A DNA stretch of 56,812 bases from a bacterium (GTDB lineage: Bacteria > Zhuqueibacterota > Zhuqueibacteria > Zhuqueibacterales > Zhuqueibacteraceae). The position numbers were made by a program, and so were the translations under genes. The notes beneath the pieces were generated by a model. The model was not told where the DNA came from and did no database searches. It saw only the letters and a program-made list of their open reading frames with translations. This document shows, piece after piece, positions 29,205-40,708 of the stretch. The stretch is taken from contig JBIOXB010000092.1 of the NCBI GenBank assembly GCA_044869275.1, positions 1 to 56,812 on the forward strand. The letters run 5' to 3'. Within the stretch, counting starts at the first letter, position 1. Each line of letters opens with the position of its first letter.

Positions 29205-31336
29205 AGGACACTTTGACTTTCACCCGCCGCGACTTCATCAAAGTCGTTTCTGTGGCCGGCGGCGGTTTGGCACTCGGATTTCATCTTCCCGCAAAGGAAG
29301 ACGCATTGGCGACAGAATCTTTGGATGCGTTTGCGCCCAACGCTTGGTTGAGAATTGATACTGACGGCAGTACCACCATAACCGTGGCGCGCTCGGAGCT
29401 GGGCCAGGGTGTGCGCACCGCATTGCCGATGATCGTGGCCGAGGAGCTGGAAGCGGACTGGGAAAAGGTTCGCCTCGAGTTCGCGTTGGCGCATCCGGAC
29501 AAATATGGAGACATGACCACCGGCGGCAGCACCAGTGTGCGCCGCTCATGGGAGACTTTGCGCAAGGCCGGCGCAACCGCCAAAGAGATGCTGATCACCG
29601 CCGCGGCGCAAACGTGGAAGGTGGAGCGCTCTGCTTGCCGTGCAGAAAAAGGCGAGGTAATCCACACGCCCAGCAAGCGTCATTTGAGTTATGCGCAGCT
29701 CGTGGAAAAAGCCGCGAAGTTGCCGGCGCCGGCGAACGTACAGCTCAAAGATCCCAAGGATTTTCGTTTGCTCGGCAAGAGCCTGCCGCGCCTCGATACG
29801 CCTGAAAAAGTCTATGGCCGCGCCGTTTTTGGCATTGATATTGAGCTGCCAGACATGCTGTTCGCGACGGTCGCGCATTGTCCCGTATTCGGTGGCAAGG
29901 TGAAGAGCTTTGAGGCAGGCGCCGCGCAGGCGGTGAAGGGCGTGCGCCAGGTTTTGGAAATCCCCACCGGCATCGCCGTGGTGGCAGATTCAACGCACGC
30001 CGCTTTGCAGGGCTACGAAGCTTTATCAGTGGTTTGGGATGAAGGCGTGCACGCCGATCTCAGCAGTGCAAGTATACACAAAATGTTTGAGGAGAAAAGC
30101 CAAACAGACGGAGAACCCGCACGCCATGAAGGAGACGCTGCCGCTGCGTTGGCGTCGGCCGCAAAGAAACTCGAAGCGACTTACGAAGTGCCATTTCTCG
30201 CGCACGCGCCCATGGAACCGATGAATTGTGTCGCCCGCGTGCAACAGGATCGCGCCGAGATTTGGGTGCCGACGCAATCCCCGCAGTGGGCACAGAGCGA
30301 GGCCGCCACTGCATTGGGATTGTCGCAGGAGAAAGTCACCCTGCACGCCACGTTGGCAGGTGGCGGTTTCGGCAGGCGCTTGATGCCGGAATTCGTGGTC
30401 GAGGCGGCGCAAATCGCGAAAGCGGTAAATGCACCGGTCAAGATGATGTGGACGCGCGAAGAGGACATGCAGCATGATTTCTATCGCCCCGCCAGCTATC
30501 ATCGTATGACCGCCGCCATTGGCGACAATCGCAACGTAACGGCGTGGCGCCACCATATCGTCGCGCCCTCCATATCGGCACAACTTTTTGGCGAGCAGGA
30601 AGAGCCGCGCCGGCCGGATGCGGTTGATGGTGCGGCGCAATTGCCGTATCAGATTCCGAATATTTTGGTGGATTACGTCATGGCCAACACCGCCGTGCCC
30701 ATAGGATGGTGGCGATCGGTCTATAACACGCAAAATGCTTTTGTCAACGAATGCTTCCTCGACGAGCTTGCCGCGGCCGTTGGCCTCGATCCGTATGAGT
30801 TTCGCCTGGGCCTGCTGCCGCCAGATTCGCGCTTGCGCGGCGTATTGCAGCTCGCGGCGAGCAAATCGGGTTGGCATACACAGACGGCCCCAGGAAGAGG
30901 CCGAGGCATTGCCTGCCACGCTTCGTTCGGCAGCTATGTTGCGCAGGTTGCCGAGGTCTCAGTGGAAGACGTGAGCCGTGTACGGGTGCACAAAGTAACC
31001 TGCGCTTTTGATTGCGGCCCTATCGTCCATCCCGATCTCATTGCTGCACAGGTGGAAGGTGCCGTGGTCATGGCATTGAGCGCCGCATTGAAAGGCGAAA
31101 TTACGATAGCGAAAGGCCGTGTGGCGCAATCGAATTTTGACGACTATCCTTTGCTGGCCTTTGACGAAATGCCGGAAGTCGAAGTGCACATTGTGCCCAG
31201 CACGGATACACAAGGCGGCGTGGGCGAGCCGGGGTTGCCGCCGGTTGCGCCGGCGGTGTGCAACGCCATTTTTGCCGCGACGGGCAAGCGCATTCGCCGG
31301 CTCCCGATCCGGCCGGAGGATTTGCGAGGAACGTGA
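29201..31336 (+). CDS. molybdopterin-binding subunit, xanthine dehydrogenase family (IorB-like), Tat signal
   Basis: TRRDFIK, ELGQG, TGGSTS, GGGFGRR, GVGEPG; ATGA overlap with the alpha subunit. Confidence 0.93.
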   Translation: MKDTLTFTRRDFIKVVSVAGGGLALGFHLPAKEDALATESLDAFAPNAWLRIDTDGSTTITVARSELGQGVRTALPMIVAEELEADWEKVRLEFALAHPDKYGDMTTGGSTSVRRSWETLRKAGATAKEMLITAAAQTWKVERSACRAEKGEVIHTPSKRHLSYAQLVEKAAKLPAPANVQLKDPKDFRLLGKSLPRLDTPEKVYGRAVFGIDIELPDMLFATVAHCPVFGGKVKSFEAGAAQAVKGVRQVLEIPTGIAVVADSTHAALQGYEALSVVWDEGVHADLSSASIHKMFEEKSQTDGEPARHEGDAAAALASAAKKLEATYEVPFLAHAPMEPMNCVARVQQDRAEIWVPTQSPQWAQSEAATALGLSQEKVTLHATLAGGGFGRRLMPEFVVEAAQIAKAVNAPVKMMWTREEDMQHDFYRPASYHRMTAAIGDNRNVTAWRHHIVAPSISAQLFGEQEEPRRPDAVDGAAQLPYQIPNILVDYVMANTAVPIGWWRSVYNTQNAFVNECFLDELAAAVGLDPYEFRLGLLPPDSRLRGVLQLAASKSGWHTQTAPGRGRGIACHASFGSYVAQVAEVSVEDVSRVRVHKVTCAFDCGPIVHPDLIAAQVEGAVVMALSAALKGEITIAKGRVAQSNFDDYPLLAFDEMPEVEVHIVPSTDTQGGVGEPGLPPVAPAVCNAIFAATGKRIRRLPIRPEDLRGT

Positions 31337-31439
31337 ATGCCAACGGTTTGCCCAGCGAGGGAATTCACCACGCAGAGCCTCACAAAGGATCGCAAAGAAA
31401 TGCTTTGCCTAAGATTAGCCTCTCAGTCTCGCGCTTGGT

Positions 31440-31723
31440 GGATTGCGGAGGGCAAGACGATTATTCCGGTGGCCAAAATAGCCTATGGCTGGGGTGGAGG
31501 TTTCGGAAGCAAGAAAACAAGTGAAGCTGAAGTCCGCCAACCAGAGGCGGAGGGTGGCGGAGGCGGGTTAGGCCTTGGCGCTACCCCGGTCGGTGTGGTG
31601 GAGATTACTTCCGAACACACTCGCCTCATCGAGTTCGGAAGCAAGAAGAAGCTTGCTGTGGCACTGATCGTTGGTGCGGTATTGGGGATTTGGATGGGCA
31701 AGAGGCGCTCTCGTGAAAAATGA
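31440..31723 (+). pseudogene. GerW/YtfJ-family protein, apparently 5'-truncated
   Basis: EGKTIIPVAKIAYGWGGGFG..GGGGG..TPVGVVEI; upstream frame runs through repeat-like intergenic sequence without a clear RBS. Confidence 0.55.
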
Positions 31724-31759
31724 ACGATGGAAGCTTTCTTTCAAACAGGAGACTCACAA

Positions 31760-32890
31760 ATGCCTGGTAAGAAAACTGACCTCGCCGGTCCGGGTATTGG
31801 CAACTATGACGAGCTGCAAAAAATCCTGCCGCAGGATTATGAGCCTTTGCTCAATCCCAGGGATACACAAAAAGCAGTTTTTGCGGTGAAGAGCTACATC
31901 GAAGAGCATCTGTGCAAAGAACTCAATCTGATGATGGTGCAAGTACCATTGATCGTAGATGTGGAAAGCGGTGTGAACGATCTTTTGGACCGCGACGGCT
32001 CGCGCACGCCGATTCAGTTTCATATTTCCAACGACCATAACAAACATCCGCTGGATGCCCAAGTGGTGCAAGCCGCGACGAAATGGAAGCGGGTGGCGCT
32101 GAAACAATTCGGCATGCAGGTGGGAGAAGGGATTTGCACCGATATGCGCGCCGTGCGCAAGGATTATTTTCTCGATCACGATCACAGCGTCTATGTCGAC
32201 CAATGGGATTGGGAACGGGTCATCACCGCGGAGCAGCGCCATCTGGTTTTCCTCAAAGAGGTGGTGCGCAAGATTTGGAAGGTGTTGCGCGACGCCGAAA
32301 TGCATGTGCAGAAGCTCTTTCCGCCATTGCAAACAAGAAAATATCCCAATCTGCCCGAAGAACTGACGTTTCTGCATGCCGAAGATATTCTCGACATGTA
32401 CCCCGACTTGCCGCGCAAACAACGCGAGACCGCGGTGTTGCAGAAATTTCCGGCCGTATTCATCCTCGGCATCGGATGGCCGCTCAAAGACGGCTATCCC
32501 CACGAAATGCGCGCGGCAGATTACGACGACTGGGTCACGGCAACCAAATCCGACGAAGGCAAGCCCATGCATGGCCTCAATGGCGACATTCTGGTGTGGA
32601 ATCCGGTCACCAAGCGCCGGCATGAGCTGACCTCGATGGGCATCCGCGTCAATGCCGATACGCTGAAGAAGCAATTGGAGATTTCCGGCCAGTTGGATTT
32701 CATGAAGCTGCCCTATCATCAAGGGATTCTGAAAAACGACTTGCCGTTGAGCATTGGCGGGGGCATCGGACAGTCGCGCACTTTTATGCTGCTGCTCAAG
32801 AAAGCACATCTCGGCGAAGTCAGCGTCAGCGTGTGGCCGAAGGTCTTGAAAGACATGTGCCGGAAGAGGAACATTCATGTGTTGGAGTGA
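31760..32890 (+). CDS. asnA: aspartate--ammonia ligase
   Basis: HSVYVDQWDWE, RAADYDDW, LNGDI, SIGGGIGQSR. Confidence 0.93.
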   Translation: MPGKKTDLAGPGIGNYDELQKILPQDYEPLLNPRDTQKAVFAVKSYIEEHLCKELNLMMVQVPLIVDVESGVNDLLDRDGSRTPIQFHISNDHNKHPLDAQVVQAATKWKRVALKQFGMQVGEGICTDMRAVRKDYFLDHDHSVYVDQWDWERVITAEQRHLVFLKEVVRKIWKVLRDAEMHVQKLFPPLQTRKYPNLPEELTFLHAEDILDMYPDLPRKQRETAVLQKFPAVFILGIGWPLKDGYPHEMRAADYDDWVTATKSDEGKPMHGLNGDILVWNPVTKRRHELTSMGIRVNADTLKKQLEISGQLDFMKLPYHQGILKNDLPLSIGGGIGQSRTFMLLLKKAHLGEVSVSVWPKVLKDMCRKRNIHVLE

Positions 32891-33004
32891 GGAAACACGC
32901 AGGATTCAGGTGTGGACCACGTTACACGTTACACTTTACACGTCGCTGGTGTAACGTGTAAGGTGTAACGTGTAACATGCAAAGTGAAAAGGAGTATCGT
33001 CATC

Positions 33005-33934
33005 ATGAAAATCTCAGTCATTGGTGCAGGCCATGTGGGTGCGACCACCGCGCTGTTGCTGGCGCAACAGCGGCTGGGGGATATCGTGTTGTTGGACGTC
33101 GTCAAAGGCATGCCGGAAGGCAAGGCGCTCGATATGGACGAAGCCGCGGCCGTGGGCAGGTTCGAGAGCCGCATCGTCGGCACAACTCAGTATGAAAATA
33201 TCCTGGATTCCGACCTGGTGGTGATGACCGCCGGGCTGCCGCGCAAGCCCGGTATGACGCGCATGGATTTGCTCACGAAGAACGCCGAGATCGTGGCCGC
33301 GGCCATGCACGAAGTTGGCCGGCTTGCGCCTCAAGCCCTCGTCGTCATGGTCACCAACCCGTTGGATGTCATGACGTACGTGGCGTGGAAGAAGAGTGGT
33401 TTTCCCAAATCACGCGTGGTGGGCATGGCAGGCGTGCTGGACTCGACGCGTTTTCGTTTCTTCGTTGCCACGGCACTAAATGTTTCGGTCGAAGACACGC
33501 AGGCGATGGTGCTGGGCGGCCACGGCGATGCCATGGTGCCGCTGCCGCGCTATACCACCGTTTCCGGCATCCCGATCACGCAAATGCTTTCCGCCCAGGA
33601 AATCGAGAAACTCGTGGAGCGCACGCGCAAAGGCGGCACTGAAATTGTCAACCTGCTCAAATCCGGCAGCGCTTACTATGCTCCCGCCGCCGCCGTGGCC
33701 CAGATGGTCGAAGCCATTGTGTTCAACAAGAAGCGCTTGCTGCCGGCTTCAACCTATCTCGAAGGGGAATACGGCCTCAAGGGTGTATTTGTGGGCGTGC
33801 CGGTGATTCTCGGTCGCGACGGCGTCGAAAAAATCGTCGAGATCGAATTGAGCGCCGAGGAAAGACGGGCGCTGATGATCTCGGCGGCGGAGGTGAAGGA
33901 AGGCATTCAGGACTGGGAGAAAATCAACAAATGA
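33005..33934 (+). CDS. mdh: malate dehydrogenase
   Basis: IGAGHVG, AGLPRKPGMTR, VTNPLD, GGHGD. Confidence 0.93.
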   Translation: MKISVIGAGHVGATTALLLAQQRLGDIVLLDVVKGMPEGKALDMDEAAAVGRFESRIVGTTQYENILDSDLVVMTAGLPRKPGMTRMDLLTKNAEIVAAAMHEVGRLAPQALVVMVTNPLDVMTYVAWKKSGFPKSRVVGMAGVLDSTRFRFFVATALNVSVEDTQAMVLGGHGDAMVPLPRYTTVSGIPITQMLSAQEIEKLVERTRKGGTEIVNLLKSGSAYYAPAAAVAQMVEAIVFNKKRLLPASTYLEGEYGLKGVFVGVPVILGRDGVEKIVEIELSAEERRALMISAAEVKEGIQDWEKINK

Positions 33935-34383
33935 CTACGAAAATCGCTGTGGCAGATTTCGTCGCGCAACGCAAGCTTGCCATCGTGGGCGTCTCGCGCG
34001 GCGGCATAAAGTTTGGGAACATGGCTTTCAAAGCGCTGCGGGAAAAAGGCTATCGTGTGTTTCCGGTCAATCCCCATGCCGAAAAAATCGGCGGCGAGCG
34101 TTGTTATCCCAACCTGCGTGCCTTGCCGGAAACAGTTGGTGGCGTGCTGGTTGTCGTTCCACCCAAAGAAACAGAGCAAGTCGTACGCGATGCGGCCGCG
34201 GCCGGTATTGGCCGCGTTTGGCTGCAGCAAGGCGCAGAATCCCAAGCCGCCATTCTCTTCTGCGAAGAGAATGGCCTCGAGGTCGTACACGGCGAATGCA
34301 TTTTGATGTTTGCACAACCCGTGGTCTCGTTCCATCGCTGGCATCAGTGGTTGTGGAAAGTGCTGGGCAAGCTGCCGAAGTGA
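33931..34383 (+). CDS. CoA-binding protein
   Basis: AIVGVS, FPVNP, WLQQG, ECILM. Confidence 0.88.
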   Translation: MTTKIAVADFVAQRKLAIVGVSRGGIKFGNMAFKALREKGYRVFPVNPHAEKIGGERCYPNLRALPETVGGVLVVVPPKETEQVVRDAAAAGIGRVWLQQGAESQAAILFCEENGLEVVHGECILMFAQPVVSFHRWHQWLWKVLGKLPK

Positions 34384-34403
34384 AGGGAGGCGTTAGCACA
34401 AAC

Positions 34404-35330
34404 ATGGTGATTCGTGATTTTGCGGCCTTGCGCCGCCGCGCGCAAGCTCTCGGCGGGAAACGAGTGGCGGTAGTGATGGGCGATGACGAGCTGGCGCTTT
34501 CGGCCATGGTCCACGCGGCGGCATTGGAATTAACCCAGCCGGTATTGATTGGCGAAATCGAATTGATGCGAGAAAAGCTCGCCAAGCTGGATCCAGCACT
34601 GGTCGAGCAGGCGGTGTTTCTCGCTGCGGGCGATGCCATGTCAGCCGCAGCCATGGCGGTGGCGCTATGCCGCAGTGGCGAAGCGGACCTTCTACTTAAG
34701 GGCCATTTGCGCACCGACGAGCTCTTGCATGCTGTTCTCAACCAACAGCATGGCTTGCGGACTGGGCGCTTGTTGAGCGATGTCTTGCTTTATGAAGACA
34801 CGCTTTCTGGCATGCGGCGTTTGGTCGGCGTAACGGATGGCGGCATCAATGTGCTGCCCACGCTCGAGCAAAAGAGGCAAATCATCAGCAATGGTGTTGT
34901 GGTGATGCATGCCCTGGGCTTGTCACGGCCGCAGGTCGCCTTGATGAGCGCGACCGAGCTGGTGAGCGCAGCGGTTCCTTCAACGCTGGACGCGAAGGCG
35001 CTCGCGGAAATGGCCGCGCATGGAGAGTTTGGCGAATGTGAAGTCTTTGGCCCTCTGGCGCTGGACAACGCCTTGCTGGAATCTGCCGCGCGAACCAAAG
35101 GCATCTTCTCGCCGGTCGCCGGGCGCGCGGATCTCCTGGTCGTGCCCAATATCGAGGCCGGCAATATTCTTGGCAAAGCGGTCAAATACTTTGGCGGATC
35201 ATCCTGCGCGCATGTGATCGTCGGCGCCAAAGTGCCGGTCCTGATTCCTTCACGCGTGGAAAGCGCCGAAGACAAGCTCAATGCGGTGGCGTTGGGCGTG
35301 ATTGTTCGACACGCACAAGACTGTGCGTAA
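34404..35330 (+). CDS. ptb: phosphate butyryl/acetyltransferase
   Basis: LLKGHL, GPLALDNA, PNIEAGN, PSR; adjacent to buk. Confidence 0.85.
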   Translation: MVIRDFAALRRRAQALGGKRVAVVMGDDELALSAMVHAAALELTQPVLIGEIELMREKLAKLDPALVEQAVFLAAGDAMSAAAMAVALCRSGEADLLLKGHLRTDELLHAVLNQQHGLRTGRLLSDVLLYEDTLSGMRRLVGVTDGGINVLPTLEQKRQIISNGVVVMHALGLSRPQVALMSATELVSAAVPSTLDAKALAEMAAHGEFGECEVFGPLALDNALLESAARTKGIFSPVAGRADLLVVPNIEAGNILGKAVKYFGGSSCAHVIVGAKVPVLIPSRVESAEDKLNAVALGVIVRHAQDCA

Positions 35331-35426
35331 GTACGCCTCGTGGTCAGATTTTCGCGGATGTTAACATTATCAAGTTAAGCTTTGGCTAAAATTGCTGAAT
35401 TCTTACTCATTACTGAAATGATGGCC

Positions 35427-36509
35427 ATGGCCAGTGAGATTTACAAACTCCTCGCTCTCAACCCGGGCTCGACTTCGACCAAGGTGGCCCAGTTTGCGAA
35501 TGACGAAATGATTTTTGATGAGACCCTGCGTCACAGCGATGCGGAATTGGCGCCATTCGCCGGCCATCCCACTTGGGCACAATTGGAGTTTCGCCTACGG
35601 AAGGTTCAGGACAGTTTGCGCGCGCATAAGGTCAATCTCGCCCGGTTCGCCGCAGTGGTGGGCCGCGGCGGCCTCTTGAAACCGCTGGCGAGCGGAACCT
35701 ATCGCATCAATGATCGCATGTTGAAGGATTTGCGCCGGGCAGAGCGCGGCGACCATGCCTCCAACCTCGGCGCACCCATGGCGCACCAACTTGCTGTGAC
35801 GGCAAGATGCCCGGCTTTCATTGTCGATCCCGTCAGTGTGGATGAGTGGGCGCCGGTCGCGCGACTCTCCGGATTAGCCGGCTTGGAGCGCGAATGCCTT
35901 TCGCATGCGTTGAACACCAAGGCCATCGCCAAACGGTTTGCACGCGAACAAGGCAAGTCGTACCGCAATTTGCGGCTGATTGTCGCCCACCTCGGCAGCG
36001 GTATTTCTATTTCAGCGCATGAGAATGGCAAAATGATCGACGTGACCAACTCGCGCGAGGAGGGCGCTTTCTCCACCGAGCGCGCCGGTTCTCTGCCGGT
36101 GATGAAAGTGATAGCGCTGTGCTTTTCCGGCAAGTTTTCGCCGCACGAAATCGAAACAAAGATCTTGCGTCAAGGCGGCATTTTCTCATACCTGGGCACT
36201 AAAGACCTCAATGAAGTGTTGCGCCGCCGGCGTGCTGGAGACGAAAAGGCTAACACAGTTTTCGACGCGCTGGTTTACCAAGTCAGCAAAGAAATCGGCG
36301 CGATGGCAGCGGTGCTGCGCGGAAAAGTCGATGCCCTCTTGCTCACCGGCGGCATGGCACATGCGCAGGAGTTGATTGAGGAGTTGCGGGCACGCCTCGC
36401 CTGGCTGGCGCCGGTGTATTGCTATCCGGGCGAGGCCGAAATGCGCGCCCTGGCAGAAGGAGCTTTGCGGGTATTGCGGGGCGAAGAAGCTCCCGCTGAG
36501 TACACATGA
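35427..36509 (+). CDS. buk: butyrate kinase
   Basis: NPGSTSTK, GRGG, HASNLG, HALN, HLGSGIS. Confidence 0.95.
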   Translation: MASEIYKLLALNPGSTSTKVAQFANDEMIFDETLRHSDAELAPFAGHPTWAQLEFRLRKVQDSLRAHKVNLARFAAVVGRGGLLKPLASGTYRINDRMLKDLRRAERGDHASNLGAPMAHQLAVTARCPAFIVDPVSVDEWAPVARLSGLAGLERECLSHALNTKAIAKRFAREQGKSYRNLRLIVAHLGSGISISAHENGKMIDVTNSREEGAFSTERAGSLPVMKVIALCFSGKFSPHEIETKILRQGGIFSYLGTKDLNEVLRRRRAGDEKANTVFDALVYQVSKEIGAMAAVLRGKVDALLLTGGMAHAQELIEELRARLAWLAPVYCYPGEAEMRALAEGALRVLRGEEAPAEYT

Positions 36510-36663
36510 GAGGTTGTGTCAAGATTTCTATTGAAAAAGAAGCTTGAAGTAAATTACGATTTTCGATTTACGAAGGACTCAACAACATCTGAAATCGTAA
36601 TTCGAAAATCGTGATTCGAAAATCGCAAACCGAAAATCATAAATCAATCTTAAGGAGAAAGAA

Positions 36664-37128
36664 ATGGAGCTACTGAGCACCGCATTCGAAGCGGGAGGTC
36701 ATATTCCGGGAAAATACACCTGTGACGGGGATGACCTCTCGCCGCCTCTATCTTGGATTGATGCTCCGCCACAAACGAAAAGTTTCGCCTTGATTTGTGA
36801 CGATCCGGATGCACCCTCGGGGCTGTGGGTGCATTGGGTTGTTTTCAACGTGCCTGGCGAGAGCCGGGAATTGGCGGAGAATTTGCCGCCGCAAACCACA
36901 CTCGCCAACGGCGTGCACCAGGGCAGAAACGACTTTCACAAAATCGGCTACGGCGGACCCTGCCCGCCGCGGGGCGAACATCGTTATTTTTTCCAGCTCT
37001 ATGCTTTGGACAACAAACTGGAGCTCAAGTCCGGCGCGTCCAGCAGGGATGTGTTGAAAGCCATGGCCGGACATATTCTGGCCGAAAGCAGGCTGATGGC
37101 AAAATACAAGCGACGCCAGGGAGGCTAA
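36664..37128 (+). CDS. YbhB/YbcL Raf kinase inhibitor-like protein
   Basis: DDPDAP, HWV, GYGGPCPP, HRY. Confidence 0.93.
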   Translation: MELLSTAFEAGGHIPGKYTCDGDDLSPPLSWIDAPPQTKSFALICDDPDAPSGLWVHWVVFNVPGESRELAENLPPQTTLANGVHQGRNDFHKIGYGGPCPPRGEHRYFFQLYALDNKLELKSGASSRDVLKAMAGHILAESRLMAKYKRRQGG

Positions 37129-37132
37129 CTTA

Positions 37133-38449
37133 ATGGCTGAAGAACCGAAACCGCGCAAGCGCGCCAAAGCCGAATACCGCATGCGCACGCATCTCATACA
37201 CGGCAATTATGACAGTAAGAAGTGGGATTACAATCATCACGTTGTGCCTCCGATTTCTTCCTCGGCCACTTACCGGCTGAGCTCGGCACATCGTGGGGCT
37301 CAGGGCTTTTTCGAGTTTGCCAGCGAGTCTTCGGATTTTGTCAAGCATGTTCCGATTTACATCTACGATCGTTTGGACGAACCCACTCGCGGCATGCTGG
37401 AAGAAAATCTCGCCTATGCCGAGGCCGGCGCGATGTGCGTGAGCTTTGCCACGGGCATGGCGGCGATCAGCGGTGTGCTCGGCATGCTGTGTGAAAGCGG
37501 GCACGAAATCGTCGCCCATCAAATTCTCTATGGCTGCACTTATAGTCTGGTCACACACTGGCTGCCACGTTATGGCATTCAGACCAAGTTTGCCAATCTG
37601 CAGAATATCGAAGAACTGCGCAAGGCGATTACCTCCAGAACACGCGTGATATATTTCGAAACGCCGGTCAATCCGACCTTGAGCCTGATTGACATTGCCG
37701 CGATGCGGCGTGTGGTGGAGGAAATCAACCGAGATCGCCCGCCGGAAAAACAGATCAAGATCGTCGTGGACAACACTTTTGCCACGCCCTATTGCCAGCG
37801 CCCGATTGCGTTGGGCGCGGATTTTTCCGTGCACAGCTTGACCAAAGACGTCGGCGGTTTTGGCACGGACATGGGCGGTGCCGTCGTCGGCCCGCAAAAG
37901 TTTTATAGCCCGCTTATGTTGTATCGCAAAGATTTTGGCGGCGTGCTGTCACCCAAAGCCGCGTGGAACATTTTGGTTTACGGCTTGCCCACGCTCTCCA
38001 CGCGCATGATCAATCAACAAAAAACAGCGCATCGTGTCGCGCGCTTTTTGCAGGAACATCCCAAGATCGCGCGCGTAATATATCCGGGATTGGAGTCACA
38101 CCCACAGTACGAGCTCGCCAAGCGCCAAATGCTCAATTTCGAAGGCAGGTTTTCACCGGGCGCGATGATCTACTTCGTGCTCAAGAACGGGAACGGCAGC
38201 AGCGCCGGTGCGCGCGGCGAGAAGTTTATTGATTACATTGCTGATCATTCGTATGCCATCACCCTGGCCGTCAGTCTCGGCCAAATCAAGACGCTGATTG
38301 AGAGCCCGTATTCGATGACCCACTCGGCCCTGCCCGAGGAAGAAAAACTGAAACTGGGGATGGAGCCCGGCGGCATTCGCCTCGCACTCGGCTTGGAAGA
38401 CTGGCATGATGTGATCGAAGATTTGCGCGAGGCGCTGGAGCACGTGTGA
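37133..38449 (+). CDS. PLP-dependent trans-sulfuration enzyme (methionine gamma-lyase/cystathionine gamma-synthase family)
   Basis: FATGMAAI, ETPVNP, DNTFATP, SLTK, AVSLG. Confidence 0.9.
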   Translation: MAEEPKPRKRAKAEYRMRTHLIHGNYDSKKWDYNHHVVPPISSSATYRLSSAHRGAQGFFEFASESSDFVKHVPIYIYDRLDEPTRGMLEENLAYAEAGAMCVSFATGMAAISGVLGMLCESGHEIVAHQILYGCTYSLVTHWLPRYGIQTKFANLQNIEELRKAITSRTRVIYFETPVNPTLSLIDIAAMRRVVEEINRDRPPEKQIKIVVDNTFATPYCQRPIALGADFSVHSLTKDVGGFGTDMGGAVVGPQKFYSPLMLYRKDFGGVLSPKAAWNILVYGLPTLSTRMINQQKTAHRVARFLQEHPKIARVIYPGLESHPQYELAKRQMLNFEGRFSPGAMIYFVLKNGNGSSAGARGEKFIDYIADHSYAITLAVSLGQIKTLIESPYSMTHSALPEEEKLKLGMEPGGIRLALGLEDWHDVIEDLREALEHV

Positions 38450-38657
38450 AACGCATGGGCTGATTTTCAGAAGCATATGTCAAAATCCAAAGCACAAAAT
38501 CCAAAATCCAAATTTCAATGCGATCTTAGATCCCAATCACCAACGATTCTGGAAGCACTGAAGAAGCGTTTGGAATTTGGATTTTGAGCTTTGAAATTCA
38601 GTAGACGGCTCAGACCGTTAGTTCTGTACAAGAAAACCAATTCACACAGAGAAAGCC

Positions 38658-40697
38658 ATGAGACGTTGCCTGCAACTTTGTATCATTGTGCTTGCCACTC
38701 AAATCAGCCTCGCGGCGCAGACGCCGGATCCATCCTATTTCCGGCAAATGTACTTGACGACGCAGCAGGCGCGGCAAAGCGAACAGAGAGGCAAGATCGA
38801 GAGATTTCTGGCCAAGCCGCCGGCGCTGGCGCACAACCCTTCCGTTTACGACGCCACTTATTATGACTTGGATTTCGTTATCACGACCTCGCCGCACAAT
38901 CTCGCCGGCACGGTGACTGGCGTGTTTCGCAGCAGCGTTGACGGACTGCTGGAAATGAGCTTGAATTTCGATTCGCGGGAAGATTTGACGCCGTGGCAGG
39001 GTTTTCAGGTCTCCGGCAATTTCAGCAGTTGGACGCATGTGGATTGGGACCTGCGCGTGCGGCTCGATCGGGCCTATAACACGGGCGAAACGTTTCGAAT
39101 TACTGTACAATATTCCGGCGTGCCGCGAGAAGGCGGATTGCAAGGGTTGGCATTCGATACCAATGCCTACGGCGATCTCGTGATTTCAACCTTGAGCGAG
39201 CCCTATCTCGCGCGCACGTGGTGGCCGTGTCAGGATGATCCGGATGACAAAGCGGATTCAGTGCGCGTCCGCATCACCGTGCCGCAAAATTTGATTGCTG
39301 CTTCCAACGGCTTGCTCGTCGAAGAAACCGACAACGGGAATGGCAGCAAAACCTTCGTGTGGAAAGAGAGCTATCCGATCACGACCTATCTCGTTTCGCT
39401 CGCCATCTCCAATTACGCGAGATTTGGTGATCAATTCGAGTATGCACCGGGCCAATTCATGCCGCTGGACTATTATGTCTATCCGTCGGAATTAGCCGCA
39501 GCGCAAGCGGCGTTTGCGACACTGCCGAATATGCTGCGCATTTATTCCGATCTCTTTGACTTGTATCCTTTCGTCAAAGAGAAATACGGGCATGCCGTGT
39601 TCCAATGGGGCGGCGCCATGGAACACCAAACGCTCACGAGCATCGGCTGGGTGAGCACGAGCTGGGAATACGTTTACGCGCATGAGCTGGCGCACCAATG
39701 GTTCGGCGACCTCGTGACCTGCCAGAATTGGGGCGACATTTGGCTGAATGAGGGTTTCGCGACCTATTGTGAGGCTTTGTACGTCGAGCAGTTATACGGC
39801 GAGCAAGCTTATCATGATTATCAGACCGCGGCGCTCTCCAGTTTGCAGAGCTGGGGACGCGATCCTATTTATCGCTATAGCACGGACGATCCCTGGTACA
39901 TTTTTCAATCGACGGTTTACGACAAAGGTGGCTGGGTGCTGCACATGTTGCGGCACGTCTTGGGCGATGCCGTGTTCATGAAGATCCTGCACGATTATGC
40001 CAACGACCCGGTATTCAAATTCAAAACTGCCACCACCGCACAGTTCCGCGATTTTTGCGAGCAGGTGAGCGGGAAAGATTTGGATTGGTTTTTTCAGCCG
40101 TGGATTTATGAGCCGTACTATCCGGTGTATAATTGGGGTTACACGTATCAATCTTCGCCGGCCGGGGAAACCTTGTTCTTGAAAATCGAACAGGCGCAAA
40201 AAAACGTATCGCCGGAATATGATCACCTTTACAAAATGCCGATTGACCTCGAGGTCTTCTACGCCGATCGCACTTCGGATAGGATGACGATTTGGGATTC
40301 TCTGCAAGTGCAGACCTTCTACCTGCCGATCGATTCGATTCCGATTGCAGTGAGGTTTGATCCCGACAATTGGGTTTTAAAAGAAGCACGCAAAGTGCCG
40401 GTCACGGACGTTGCGGAAAAAGATCAGACTATTTACAGTTTCCAGCTCTGGCAGAACTATCCGAACCCATTCAATCCTGCCACCGTGATTCGGTACGAGG
40501 TGCCGCAAGCGGGATGGGTTGAATTGGAAATCTATAACGCGCTCGGTGAGAAGGTCTATGCTTTTCCCGCGGTGTATCGTGCTTCCGGAAATTATGCCGT
40601 CACTTGGGAGGGCAGCGAAATGCCGAGTGGTGTTTATGTGTATCGGCTCAAGGCCGGCAAGAGCAGTATGGCCAGGAAAATGATTTTGATGCACTAA
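38658..40697 (+). CDS. M1 family aminopeptidase with T9SS type A-like C-terminal domain
   Basis: Signal peptide; GGAMEH, HELAHQW..WLNEG; QNYPNPFNP..SGVYVYRL tail. Confidence 0.92.
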   Translation: MRRCLQLCIIVLATQISLAAQTPDPSYFRQMYLTTQQARQSEQRGKIERFLAKPPALAHNPSVYDATYYDLDFVITTSPHNLAGTVTGVFRSSVDGLLEMSLNFDSREDLTPWQGFQVSGNFSSWTHVDWDLRVRLDRAYNTGETFRITVQYSGVPREGGLQGLAFDTNAYGDLVISTLSEPYLARTWWPCQDDPDDKADSVRVRITVPQNLIAASNGLLVEETDNGNGSKTFVWKESYPITTYLVSLAISNYARFGDQFEYAPGQFMPLDYYVYPSELAAAQAAFATLPNMLRIYSDLFDLYPFVKEKYGHAVFQWGGAMEHQTLTSIGWVSTSWEYVYAHELAHQWFGDLVTCQNWGDIWLNEGFATYCEALYVEQLYGEQAYHDYQTAALSSLQSWGRDPIYRYSTDDPWYIFQSTVYDKGGWVLHMLRHVLGDAVFMKILHDYANDPVFKFKTATTAQFRDFCEQVSGKDLDWFFQPWIYEPYYPVYNWGYTYQSSPAGETLFLKIEQAQKNVSPEYDHLYKMPIDLEVFYADRTSDRMTIWDSLQVQTFYLPIDSIPIAVRFDPDNWVLKEARKVPVTDVAEKDQTIYSFQLWQNYPNPFNPATVIRYEVPQAGWVELEIYNALGEKVYAFPAVYRASGNYAVTWEGSEMPSGVYVYRLKAGKSSMARKMILMH

Positions 40698-40708
40698 AGG
40701 AGGCAAAC

